A DNA stretch of 34,347 nucleotides from Octopus bimaculoides (Eukaryota). Positions 10,457 to 21,600 of this stretch are shown here, piece after piece. The notes beneath the pieces are model-generated. The model did not search any database. It worked only from the letters and a program-made list of their open reading frames with translations, and was not told the DNA's origin. A program made the translations under genes and the position numbers. The stretch lies in NCBI RefSeq assembly GCF_001194135.2, contig NC_068985.1, positions 101,587,494-101,621,840 of the forward strand, given 5' to 3'. Each line of letters begins with the position of its first letter. The stretch's first letter is position 1.

Positions 10457-11265
10457 ACGACTAGGTAACTAATAAATGACGATATCACTTTCAGGAGATA
10501 TGATTTTTTTTTATGAAAAACCGATTATATATATATGTTAAGAAAAATCTGAGAGTGAATGTGTGTTCTTCTTTGCTGTCACATCTCACGAATGAACTTT
10601 CATTGGACCGAATAGTGACTGGTGATGAGAAATGTGTTCTCTATAAAAATGTCGAGTGCCGAAGACAATGGTTAGGGAAAGGAGACTCACAGACTAAAGA
10701 ATATCTACACCCACGTAAGGTGTTGCTACCTGTTTGGTGAGATATGAAATGTTTAGTCCACTTTGAACATTTAAACTCAAACCAAACGATAACAAAGGAG
10801 ATCTACTACGAGCAGTTTGAGGTAACTAAGTAAGAAGACAAACAACCATCTCTGGTTTCAAGATGAAAGGTGTTCTTCCATCAGGATAATGCTCGGCCAC
10901 GTAGAGCGAGGAAGACATTCCAAAATCTGGATGAGTCTGAATGGGAAACGATGCCCCACCCACCGTATTCACAGGGCATTGCCCCATCTAATTATCTATT
11001 ATCCCGCCGACTTCGAAATCATTTTGACAGTAAAATTATGACTTCTGTGGACGAGGTCAGAACAGTACTGGAAGAATATTTATCGTCACGGACAAGTGAA
11101 ATTTAGAAGAGGGGCATTGCAAGCCTACCAGATAGATGGAAAAGCGTTGCATAAAATGGAGACTATAGTTTAAATGAAAAAAGAACTTTGTTCATCTCAA
11201 TAAAAGAAGTGTAAAAATGAATATAATAGTATTTAAAAATGCATCATTTATGAGATGAGCCAATA
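10457..11265 (+). mobile_element. Mariner (Tc1/mariner, DD34D) transposon relic, internally deleted
   Basis: Right TIR gcatcatttatgagatgagccaa+TA (11241-11265) and degenerate left TIR ctaggtaactaataaatgacg (10461-10481) enclose catalytic-domain motifs of a mariner transposase. Confidence 0.92.
10535..11106 (+). pseudogene. Mariner transposase pseudogene, catalytic domain only
   Basis: RIVTGDEKCVLY (Asp at 10624), LHPRKVLLPVW*, FFHQDNARP (Asp at 10885) and HPPYSQGIAPSNY (consensus HPPYSPDLAPSDY; third Asp to Asn at 10990, 34 residues after the second Asp). Stops and frameshifts are present, and the HTH DNA-binding domain is absent. Confidence 0.92.
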
Positions 11266-11663
11266 CGTATATATATANNNNNNNNNNNNNNNNNNNNNNN
11301 NNNNNNNNNNNNNNNNNNNNNNNNNNNNNNNNNNNNNNNNNNNNNNNNNNNNNNNNNNNNNNNNNNNNNNNNNNNNNNNNNNNNNNNNNNNNNNNNNNNN
11401 NNNNNNNNNNNNNNNNNNNNNNNNNNNNNNNNNNNNNNNNNNNNNNNNNNNNNNNNNNNNNNNNNNNNNNNNNNNNNNNNNNNNNNNNNNNNNNNNNNNN
11501 NNNNNNNNNNNNNNNNNNNNNNNNNNNNNNNNNNNNNNNNNNNNNNNNNNNNNNNNNNNNNNNNNNNNNNNNNNNNNNNNNNNNNNNNNNNNNNNNNNNN
11601 NNNNNNNNNNNNNNNNNNNNNNNNNNNNNNNNNNNNNNNNNNNNNNNNNNNNNNNNNNNNNNN

Positions 11664-11694
<31 letters not shown>

Positions 11695-13775
11695 TATATT
11701 TATATATATACATATATATCACTTTTGCTACAAAGAATCAGTTTTACATTATTTTAGTTGTTCATCACTCTGTATTTTACATATTGCTACTAACAAGAAT
11801 ACCACAGAACATTATTTTATTTAAATATGTCATGTTAGTTCCCTTTACGTATTCATATCGAAGCATTTTAGAAATTACCATTTTTTGTTTCCTTTTACGC
11901 ATTGACAGATTAAATCATTACCAGCTGCGTGTTACTTTGGCAGGGGAGATTTAGTTTACATTCAGTGCTTGATATAATGATAGAAATGGAGTGGATGGTG
12001 ATATCAGAATTGAAATAAAAGAAAAAAAAAGTGTGCTTGCATATCTGGTTATCACATTATAGATCAGACATTGTCTGTTCAATTGAATATTCAGGAAACA
12101 TTAATAATATTGTCTATACTAAACGTAGTTAATGTCACTTCTTTTGTATAAGATACATTTAATAAACACTGGCATAATAGTGTAACTAATATTTCTTTTC
12201 AATCTAGAGGGACACCGATTCAACACATAACCTAAATGAATGATACATATACGTCATATTTTAGTAGTTACAGAATAAAACATTTTCATGGGAATACAAA
12301 ATATTATGAGACGTTTCAAATCATTCAATCGATCCTTGATTTCCCTTGGTTTAAATTTGGAGCCGATTTAAGAATGAATTAATGGGCTTCCTTCGAGTCA
12401 TGAAATTAAATAAAATATAACTTTACAATATTCGTTTTGACATTCATAATGATTGATAGCAAAATGAATTTTATAGTGTAAATTATAATAATATTATACA
12501 TTGACATGGAAGCCATAATACTAACATAAAGAGATCAACGATTATACCATACTGACAAACGATATGAGAATTAACATGAAATATTATTGTCAAGAATATC
12601 ATAGATGTTTGATTCTTTTTATTGACATAATATCAATATATTACGGTAACGTAATATTCTCGATAATAGCAAAACGTATCCCGCAAAATAAGTACGAGGG
12701 ACAAAAAATCTAAACATGCATATAATTGTATTTTGTTTCTTGATTAAATTATATTATGACTATTTATATTAGGACTCTTCGCTAAGTGTAATGCGAAGAA
12801 AGATAAGCATGTATGTGTGTGTGCTTATGTATATATATATATATGTATANNNNNNNNNNNNNNNNNNNNNNNNNNNNNNNNNNNNNNNNNNNNNNNNNNN
12901 NNNNNNNNNNNNNNNNNNNNNNNNNNNNNNNNNNNNNNNNNNNNNNNNNNNNNNNNNNNNNNNNNNNNNNNNNNNNNNNNNNNNNNNNNNNNNNNNNNNN
13001 NNNNNNNNNNNNNNNNNNNNNNNNNNNNNNNNNNNNNNNNNNNNNNNNNNNNNNNNNNNNNNNNNNNNNNNNNNNNNNNNNNNNNNNNNNNNNNNNNNNN
13101 NNNNNNNNNNNNNNNNNNNNNNNNNNNNNNNNNNNNNNNNNNNNNNNNNNNNNNNNNNNNNNNNNNNNNNNNNNNNNNNNNNNNNNNNNNNNNNNGCCTT
13201 TTGTGGTATGCAGTCTTTTGCTGCTATTTCTAGCGAGTAGATGTCCTATTATAGGCATCTCTGCATTTTAAATGAATAATACATAGTCTATTGACTGTTT
13301 TTTTACTCTCGCTAGACCACTGGTGGTAAATAAAATTTCTAAATTTTTTTTTGCTACCCTATAATTTATTAATATATATATATATATATAGAATATATAA
13401 GATTCGTTTGAATTAGGTATTTTAATTGAGGCATAATGTTAGGTCAATCGATTTTCCACACACAAACGACATCCGGTGGATATCAAACTCTTTGCAGAGT
13501 TGTACGCACTTCATGTTTTTGCAGTGTAGGCAGATAACACGGCTCAACTCAGTGGAGAGATCCGGTCTTGATTCTACAGACATGTACTATATATAAAAAT
13601 ATAAAAAATAATTTCTATAAAATTTCCGAAGTGAAGATTCCAGGGAAGGTGAATAAAATGTAAATGGGTAACAAAGATGTACAGATGACAATGAATTGTC
13701 ACCTATACATCTTTGGTACACATTTTTATAAATGTGTGTGTGTGTGTGTACAATAATAATGATGAAGATGATGAT

Positions 13776-13915
13776 GATACAGTGTATACTTTCAGTGCTG
13801 ATATCAGAATGGAGTTCGGACTGAAATTGTGGTGTTTTAGCCAAAATCAAACGTATGCTCGGGCTAGCGATACCGCCGGGAGAGGTTATGAAGCAAATAG
13901 GATAGACGGATTATC
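13776..13915 (+). mobile_element. Non-LTR retrotransposon RT fragment (RLE type, R4/Dong-like)
   Basis: DTVYTFSADIRMEFGLK, then after a frameshift IKRMLGLAIPPGEVMKQIG*TDY. This matches the FS.DIGMEFGL.KC...G.V...I....YKYLG segment after the YxDD motif of R4/Dong-type RTs. Clade assignment is from recall. Confidence 0.6.
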
Positions 13916-14127
13916 AGAAATTTATGTATAAGGATTATCATGGCATTTACCGTCAAATTAGCAGTTCATACATGTGCTTCTATTTGGTTAATTTGCTTAT
14001 GTTTCGCTAATTTATACTGCATGCAAAAACAAAATCATACTGCATACATACAACTGCTTACAAAAATAGTGATTAATGTATAACTCCTTCTATGTTCATA
14101 ACTTTTTGTTTACAATATAGAAAAGTT

Positions 14128-15150
14128 ATTCCACCGAAAAAAAAAAAGAAGTAATCGCTCCAGAAACAATTATAAAGCAAAGAGGATTGCAGTAAACCGA
14201 AGGTGAGAGTTTCAAGAAAGAGGAGAGATGACAATTTCTGAAGATCAGCAAACGCATGCTGCAGAAATTCAGATGGAGTCTCAATAGCCAAGGAAGATGA
14301 GACTTTCACAAGATCAGCAAACGCATATTGCAGCACTTCAAATGGAATTTCAATACAGAAGTAAGATAAGAATTTCTCAAGATCAGCAGCGCGTCATATG
14401 GTGTCTCAATACAGAAGGACGATGAGACTTTCGCTACATCTGTAAATGCATGCTGCAGCTCGTGAAATGGAGTCACAATACAGAATCAATATGAGATTTT
14501 TCCAAGATTAGCAAATGCATACTACAGCACGTCAGATTGAATTTCAATACAGAATGGAGATAAGGCTATTCCCAGATCAGCAAACGTATGATGCGGCACT
14601 TAATGCTAAATCATTAAAACAATGTTTTAATGATTAGACAGAGGTTGAATAAAACAGCTTTCAGAAACGGATTGCGAGCAAATTCGTTCTTTGCAACTCC
14701 TGGAGCTGTTTTCAGATACGATCCATCCCATTCTTATAAAAATGATAATCTTTTTTTCAAATCGGTGTGCTACACTCAAATTGTCGCTTCTGCAAAACTT
14801 TAAAATTTCCAAATGAAACTAACTGCATGTGCTGTTCGGGCAGTAAGGTACGATTGCCAGCACTACTAGCTCCTCCTCAACCTCTTATGAATCTTCTGCA
14901 AGGCACTACGATATAGTCAAAGGATTTTCTGAACAATATCAGAGAATACAACTCTGCATTTCACATGACGTCGCTTGATGCATCTAAGGAGATAGTTAAA
15001 CATGAATTTACGTCGACGTTCAAAGTTCAAGGGAAAGTCTATCACCTATGGCTTCCCAGTTAGCCACAAATGAACAACCACAGTTCCTCCAAATTTACTT
15101 TATAAGTGATGTAGGACAACAAACCCGAAGGAAGTGTCAATATTTCAGAC
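14128..15150 (+). pseudogene. Helitron RepHel N-terminal region (decayed)
   Basis: Order: (I)PPKKK..RSNRSRNNYKAKRIAVNRR, then 23-aa repeats, then AVFRYDPSHSY. From 14758 it reads QIGVLHSNCRFCKTLKFPNETNCMCCSGSKVRLPALLAPPQPLMNLLQG..*SKDFLNNIREYNSAFHMTS...TFKVQGKVYH, then after a frameshift NEQPQFLQIYF. This fits the conserved Helitron C..C.A.KF..E...CC..GKV.LP / F..NIR.YN.AF.MTS / FKVQGQVYH / P.FLQIYF region. Rep and helicase domains are missing. Confidence 0.88.
14225..14605 (+). repeat. 69-bp tandem array (about 5.5 units) inside the Helitron ORF
   Basis: gatcagcaaacgcat-like anchors at 14243, 14312, 14381, 14437 (13-bp deletion in that unit), 14506 and 14575. Confidence 0.9.
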
Positions 15151-15279
15151 GATGCGTCGTGTTACAGGCAGCGCCGACCGCTGCAAGGGAGAGTATATCC
15201 GCTGACAGCTTTGCGATGTGTTCAAAACTCGCATACACCCAACCAGTATTAGACAACCGAGAGAACGGATAGCATGGTA

Positions 15280-15368
15280 CTGTAGGCTGCAGGTAGTAAG
15301 CGTTCCCCGCATGCAAGATGCTAGGATCTCCATCAAAACCTGTGATAACAGAAATGATAATAATAATT
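15280..15368 (+). mobile_element. Probable LINE 3' UTR with (ATA)n tail
   Basis: ggtactgtaggctgcaggtagtaagcgttcccc...gaaatgataataataat ends in an ATA-type tail where Helitron similarity has already stopped. Recall-based resemblance to RLE-type LINE tails. Confidence 0.35.
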
Positions 15369-15369
15369 T

Positions 15370-15471
15370 GAAGAAGAAGAAGAAGAAGAAGAAGAAGAAG
15401 AAGAAGAAGAAGAAGAAGAAGAAGAAGAAGAAGAAGAAGAAGAAGAAGAAGAAGAAGAAGAAGAAGAAGAA
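15370..15471 (+). repeat. Perfect (GAA)34 trinucleotide tract
   Basis: 102 nt of uninterrupted GAA. It produces the poly-K, poly-L and poly-F ORFs in the track. Confidence 0.98.
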
Positions 15472-16071
15472 GCTTGTTCGTTCGCCCGTTATGCATTCTT
15501 TAGTTAGAGAGGTGGAGTACAAATTAAAGGAGCGTGAGGAGCAATGTGAGTAGAGAAGAAAGAAGTGAGGAAGAGTAGAGAAATATGTATAATAAGGGCA
15601 AATGCGTCACGTTAGTTGAAGAAAGAGCGAGAAAAATAGGAAGAGGGTGAGAGAAGTGTTAAGGGCGTGCTCTAGGTTGGGGAGGGAAAGACGAAGAGAA
15701 AGTGATGTGTTTAGGATACACTCTTTAGAGAGGGTAATTTTCTGGTGGTGAAGAAACGCAGATAGAGTTAGACAGGGAGGTACTAACATTAAGAGAGAGA
15801 TGCAGAGAATGTTTGTCCATTCAGAGTAGACACAGCAAGGAGAAGTGGGAGGAAGTGATGGTTACGTGAGGGAGAGGATGAGGAAATATAAGAGCGAGTG
15901 AGACAGTAGATAGGCAACCGATGCGTTATGCTGTCACTCATGTGGTTAGTGGAAGTTAGAGGTGAAAACAAAGAAATGAAGAGGGAAGTTACGTGGTTAA
16001 ATAAGTTTGTTGAAGTGATAAAGATAAGGAGAAATATAAAGTTCTTAGCAGAGAATAATTTCAAATCCGCA

Positions 16072-16293
16072 TAGAATAATCCCTCGCCATATCACGGTTT
16101 ACCTATTGAAATATATTATTTAACCTTATGTTAATTCCTCCGTGGTATTGTTTTGCCTTTGTAATGAAAGAAATATTAAAAAATTATAGAAATAATAAAA
16201 AAAATTATACAGTGCTGTTTCTACTTCACGGGTTTTCACCAATCGCGAGGGATTTTGAAACGTAACACCCGCCATAGTCGAGTGACTACTGTA
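16072..16293. mobile_element. pogo/Tigger-type MITE
   Basis: Left end ta-gaataatccctcgccatatcacgg; the reverse complement of the right end reads ta-cagtagtcactcgactatggcggg. The CAGT-type TIR with a TA flank and about 220-bp length are typical of Tigger-type MITEs. Confidence 0.7.
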
Positions 16294-16421
16294 GTAGATT
16301 ATTGTGACTACCAGTGAAATAACTTAGGACAATAAAAATAAGAATGCAAATCATCCTTGTTTTCTTAAGTAGCTTCTCTTAATCTTTATCCTCCTGTCGA
16401 AATTCTACGTGTCCCTCTATT

Positions 16422-16422
<1 letters not shown>

Positions 16423-16479
<57 letters not shown>

Positions 16480-16489
16480 NNNNNNNNNN

Positions 16490-16545
<56 letters not shown>
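16423..16545. repeat. (CA)n-(TA)n-gap-(TG)n compound microsatellite
   Basis: Direct reading. Confidence 0.95.
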
Positions 16546-17429
16546 TATAATACGTTCATATATGCATATGTATAAACATATATGTGCTTTTTTGCATCTA
16601 CGGTAGCAATTATATATCCCTACACACATAAATATTTGAACCAGTATTCATTAGAATCCTTGCAACTATTGGTCAGGAAAAAACCTGTCTGGCAAATCCA
16701 TATCACTGATTCCCACATGTTAATCACGATAGGATTTTTTCAATGTACTTTCAAACTATTCTGTTGAAGACAGCCGTGTGTTTGCAGGGCATAAAATATT
16801 TCTGAGTAAATAGAGGAAATTGAATAATGAATAACTTTAGAGCAAATGTTATTATTTTTTTTAATGTTTTTCCCATACTATTTTTCCAGTATTTCCAACA
16901 CTAATCGGATAATTACGTTTGCATCCCTCTTTTTGTATTCGTGTGAGCAACCGCAAACATACACCGCTGATGGGCACTAATGGTTTCTTAATGTCTTTGA
17001 TGAAGTTTAAGCTGCATAATATGTTCTGCCAAGGGAGATCTATGGCATAAACAAGATTGTGTATATTGTTAATCGCATAGTCACTGTCATGGTAACCATT
17101 GAAGAAGATCTTTTTCAAAATTCACATGATTTTAAGCCGAAGTGCATTCAAATAGCTTCCGACTATGGCTTCTGTTTGTTTCGTTATTTACATTATAAAC
17201 ACAAATTACGTATCATTAAACTGTAAGGAGGAATAGGTCTTCTAGCTTTCATGTACATATCTAATGAAATAAAAGAGATAGATCAAGATTACTTATAAAC
17301 GTAAACTCAGATGTCCATCCCAATTTCAACGTTAATACAACGCTTTCCAAGTATCTTCCCTTCTACTAATATACATATTAATAAATTTTACTGAAATTTT
17401 CATCACTGGTTAAGCATATGCCAAACATT

Positions 17430-17530
17430 TTCTGGGGAGCGGATTAAGCAACACCGTCTCTCCTAGTATTGTATTTTGTCGCACCCAGCATGATTCAAGA
17501 ATAGGTTAAGCTACATTAGGTTCAAGCTGA
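17430..17530 (-). mobile_element. Very degenerate family B SINE fragment
   Basis: ttttctggggagcggattaagc...ttttgtcgcacccagcatgattcaag...aagctgagaac is loosely collinear with 9230-9345. Confidence 0.4.
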
Positions 17531-17565
17531 GAACGGGTTGGATTTGGACGAAAAAATACATGGGT

Positions 17566-18290
17566 TATTTTTTCGACGATGTAACTGTTCTGCTAAGGCA
17601 AAACATTCTTTCGTCTTTCAATTTTACTAAAATTAATTTCAATGAGTTTAGGGCAATGATTATTTCCTCCACCCAACCCCATCTCAATTCCAGATACCTC
17701 ATCCACACTCTCCCTAAAGTATCACATGTATGAGCATTCAGACCATGTATGACAAGGGTAAACATCTTTGCTAAGATCTAAGTCAAAATTTTAAAATCTG
17801 CGTTTGGCAGATTTTCTGGCATAAAATTTTCCATGATATCATTCATCTTAGGATTTTCTCTCAGCAGTGGCACTTTTCTACTCAGGGAACTCCAAGTTCT
17901 AATTCTTGCAGCTAGCTGCAGTACACTCTATATAAACGATCTCCAACAAACATGATATATAAAACTAAAGCGTGGATCGCAGACCAGCTATAAGTGGCGT
18001 TTTGTGCTCAGTGTAACCGCCAACCATCATTTTTTGTATGCAATCTAGTGACACTATACCTAGCTGCTAATCTACATAATTCTCGATCTAAATACGATCT
18101 TACGTTTACTCTTTCAGGAAATCCTACACCAACCTGTCAGAGTGTAGAAAATGCCTGAACATATTAGTGAGGCATTTGCAAAACATCTTCTATGATCCAG
18201 ATCCACACAATCTAAGCATATCTACAAGATAATGTCTCAGTCATCCACTAGCATTAAAGGGAGAAACGATCCCAGAAAAGACTCTAGATG
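17566..18290 (-). mobile_element. L1/Tx1-type LINE ORF2 relic (APE endonuclease plus start of RT, linker deleted)
   Basis: Endonuclease pieces on the minus strand: LESFLGSFLPLMLVDD*DIIL, RSYLDRELCR and GYTEH (consensus L.GDWN, SY/IDR, TDH). RT pieces follow directly: FVGDRLYRVYC, then SRKVPLLRENPKMNDIMENFMPENLPNADFKILT*ILAKMFTLVIHGL..HTCDTLGR (consensus NFRPITLLNADYKILAK.LA.RL...QTC..PGR). Many stops and frameshifts. Confidence 0.8.
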
Positions 18291-18423
18291 GTAGCCACGT
18301 CCAAAACGATCAATTAAACGTGGGCCTTATTGCGAAATCAATGCTTTTTCCCAAACAACGACTCCGTCTTTGAACTGCAGAAAAAAATGGTCATAAAAAA
18401 ACCGGATAACCGCAAAAGTCTAA

Positions 18424-18558
18424 TTTTGGCGCAACGCCAGCAATTTTGGGGGAGGGGAAAAGTCAATCATAACAACCCCTATACTCGACTGGTGCTCATT
18501 TCATTAACCCCAGAAGGATTTAAGACAAAGTAGACTTCAGCGGAATTTGAACACAGAA
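18424..18558 (-). mobile_element. SINE family B, 3' half, reverse orientation
   Basis: The reverse complement reads ttctgtgttcaaattccgctgaagtctactttgtctt...gcaccagtcgagtataggggtt...cccccaaaattgctggcgttgcgccaaaa. Confidence 0.7.
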
Positions 18559-19830
18559 TTAGTGAATAAAGTTTGTGTTATTAGACTGAAATTTAGATGA
18601 AGAGTGCAGGTTTCGTATTCTTCATCTGTTTTATATTTCCATGTGAAAGAACTTATTTCCTATTGAGTTATTTAATGTTTTCTGAATCGGTCTAATTATG
18701 CATTAATAAATTCTAAATTAAAACCCGGCTTGTTAAATTGCAATCCTCTTTATCCTTTCTGATATAATAATTATCTCTAAATTGAGAAATCGGCGTTGTA
18801 TTGCTTGGAATGCATGTAATGACAGAAATAATGATTATGGTACTGCTTCACATATCCAGAAGAATCCACTTAATCAATTAACCGATAAACTTCGAAAGTT
18901 CGATTATCAATGTACAAAACTGAGTGCATTGCATCTGTTAGGCTTCTTTTCCATTATGGGTGTGTCAATATTAATTGAATCCCTAACAGTTCACTGTATA
19001 GTCGATAGAAACGTCTGATCTAGAATCTCAATTCTTTTGTCGATGTCAATAAAGAAGGCAATACTAGGTCGTACTGAGCAGATGACAAACCCGAACCTAG
19101 CATAATAAAACGGAATATTGCAAGTTATTTAATATGTTGTTAAGGCGAAATGACAATCTAATAATATTCCCATTTCTCTTACAATACCACCTTAGGAATC
19201 CTCTATTGAAATCCGTTTCAACCTTTATTTTATATTCTCTAGTTGGCATACCCTTTGTTAAATCGATATAATGCCGATAATACGCAACAGATACTTCAGT
19301 TCGATTAATAGAAAATCTATTCAATGAAGAATTATCTCTCTATGATACGCGCAAATCATCAAACTTGCTTAGTTGTCTGAGTTTATTAAACATTCCTTTG
19401 CCCTTTTTCTATTGGCTATCACTTGTTAGTTACCGTCAAACCTGTCGATTACTGTCAACACGAATAAAACACTAGAAAACGTTACCCTGGTAATTTGGGT
19501 TGGCAACTTTCACTGTCTGCTTTAGTGTTTGAATAAATGGCAAGTGATACCTTCTTGTTAATCCCCCACATCACGTTTGTAATAACGACGAGAGGGCTTT
19601 TCAAAGTTCTGTTGTTTATATTTCATTGTTATTTCATTTTGCGTGTCATTACTAGAGAATAGAGCAGTGATGTTTATTTTTACTCTGAAATCCAAGTAGG
19701 TACTTTGTAGCTAGTTAAGTTTCAGATTGAAACTTGTGGTATTTACCTACTTACAACTACATGCGTCACGTCACTCTAGTTGAGTGATCCACTGACGTGT
19801 TGTAAAACATAACATTGATATAAAATATTT

Positions 19831-20045
19831 AAGGTAGCGCGCAGGCAGAATAATAACACGCGCTGGGCAAAATGCTTAGCGACATTTCGTCAGTCATTTT
19901 GTTCTGAGTTCAACTTCAGTCGGGGGTCAACTTCCCCTTTCACACTTTCAAGTTCAATTCACCAATTCAGCATTAAGATCGATGTAATCGACTTACTAGT
20001 TTCACCAAACTGCTGGAATTGTGCTAAAATTTGGAACCGATATGA
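19831..20045 (+). mobile_element. SINE family B
   Basis: aaggtagcgcgcaggcagaat...gggcaaaatgcttagcgacatttcgtc...ttctgagttcaac...gatgtaatcgactt...ctggaattgtgctaaaatttggaacc. Confidence 0.8.
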
Positions 20046-21600
20046 TATATGCTGCGTATCTAAATTAGTTACCCGAAATAATACTACAATAAAAATAATT
20101 CATATTTTTATATATAGCCTCTTATCAGTTCCGATAGAAATACACCTTCTGTATGCGTTTAGCAACATCTCTATATACGTTCATCTTTTTCAATATCTTT
20201 ATACAATCAACGGATTGCAATATTTAAAATTATTATGTCAAACGTAACAGAATAACACGTCTATGGGGTTTTCGAACATTCGGTTCATGGAAGACAATAT
20301 TAAAACGCATTATGCTGCGTAGTAAATTATGAAAGTACATATTTCTACATGAGCATTACTAAGTGAAATGAATATGTAAAATATATATATAAACAGTGCA
20401 TTTATCTTCAATAACAAAATTAACGTTTCTGTCTATATTGTAATTATTCATCATGTTTTGAAGTGAGCATTGAATGTACGTTAGTCCTGTTATACAAAAT
20501 TTAAAAATACATTAGCTCTTTTGCATTTCTCTCAGCAAATAGATATCTTTCTAAAATAATTTTGCTCAGCGTGGTTATGTCAAATTGCACACTAACACAT
20601 CATGCTTATTGGTTAAACTTGATACTGAGAGATGCAGATACGTAAAAATAAAGGCATTTACAATTTCAGCAATATATGGTGCTAAATCTCGGGCGAACAA
20701 TGGGAGCAAGGAAATGATTTCTCTGTGGTTATAACAACAGACGAAAACACAGACGAACAAACTGGCGCCTTCAACAGATATGCACGCATCTATCTATCTA
20801 TTTATTTAGATTGATTTCGTTAGCTTGCCTTCCATCAATGAATCTCTTTCTCTCTCTCCCGTGCGCTGTATATATATATATATATATATATATATCCATA
20901 TTCTTAAATATAATATATGAGATGTAGTCATTTCCAAAGAAGGTAGATATTAATCGTTGCTCCAAACGCTGAACAATGTTAATCGCACTTAAATTATCGT
21001 AATACGTAAGATATTCAATGTAACATTTGTTTAGATGTATCATCAAGGCATTGTTTTAAAAGTTAAATCTGATTTAACCAGGGAAGTAACAAATATTTTG
21101 GAACTTACATTATTATTTCCACGTAAATATATTGCATGCCTTCAGTTTTCCAAAGTAAATATTTTTCAGTAGAAGTATTTCATTTCCTGTTTTTTGCCCT
21201 TAGCAATTTTCATTTTCTGAATATTTCTTAATTTTACTTATTTATTTTTTACAGTAGACACAAGATAGGTTTTTCTTCCTTTCGGCTCCGTTGCTAGTTT
21301 TCATTTCCTTCAATAAATTCTCTACCTGCAAATGTTAATGTTCTGAAAACTTTGCATTACTTCATTACATCTCGTCAGGAAAATACTGAACGTTGTTATA
21401 TATAGTAATGATTTACTGCATTTTATTTAGAATCTACGAAAATGTGTTTGGTTATTGCATAAAATTGTGTTGAACTTCAAAACTGTGTAATGACTGAAGT
21501 TATGTGACACATTTTATCTTTTGCGTAATTTCATATCCAAACCAAATTGCTTTCATTTCAAATAGAAACCTAACGTTTATATTTAAGAAAATTATTTCGT

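Noticed and set aside
14225-14605. CRISPR-like regularly spaced repeats
   Set aside because: The whole unit is homologous between copies with no unique spacers, the period is a codon multiple inside a Helitron frame, and no cas genes are present.
15137-15553. Poly-Leu, poly-Phe and poly-Lys ORFs
   Set aside because: These are translations of the (GAA)34 tract.
13920-16070. Helitron termini (5' TC, 3' hairpin plus CTRR)
   Set aside because: I could not locate a convincing terminal hairpin or CTRR, so element boundaries are left undefined.
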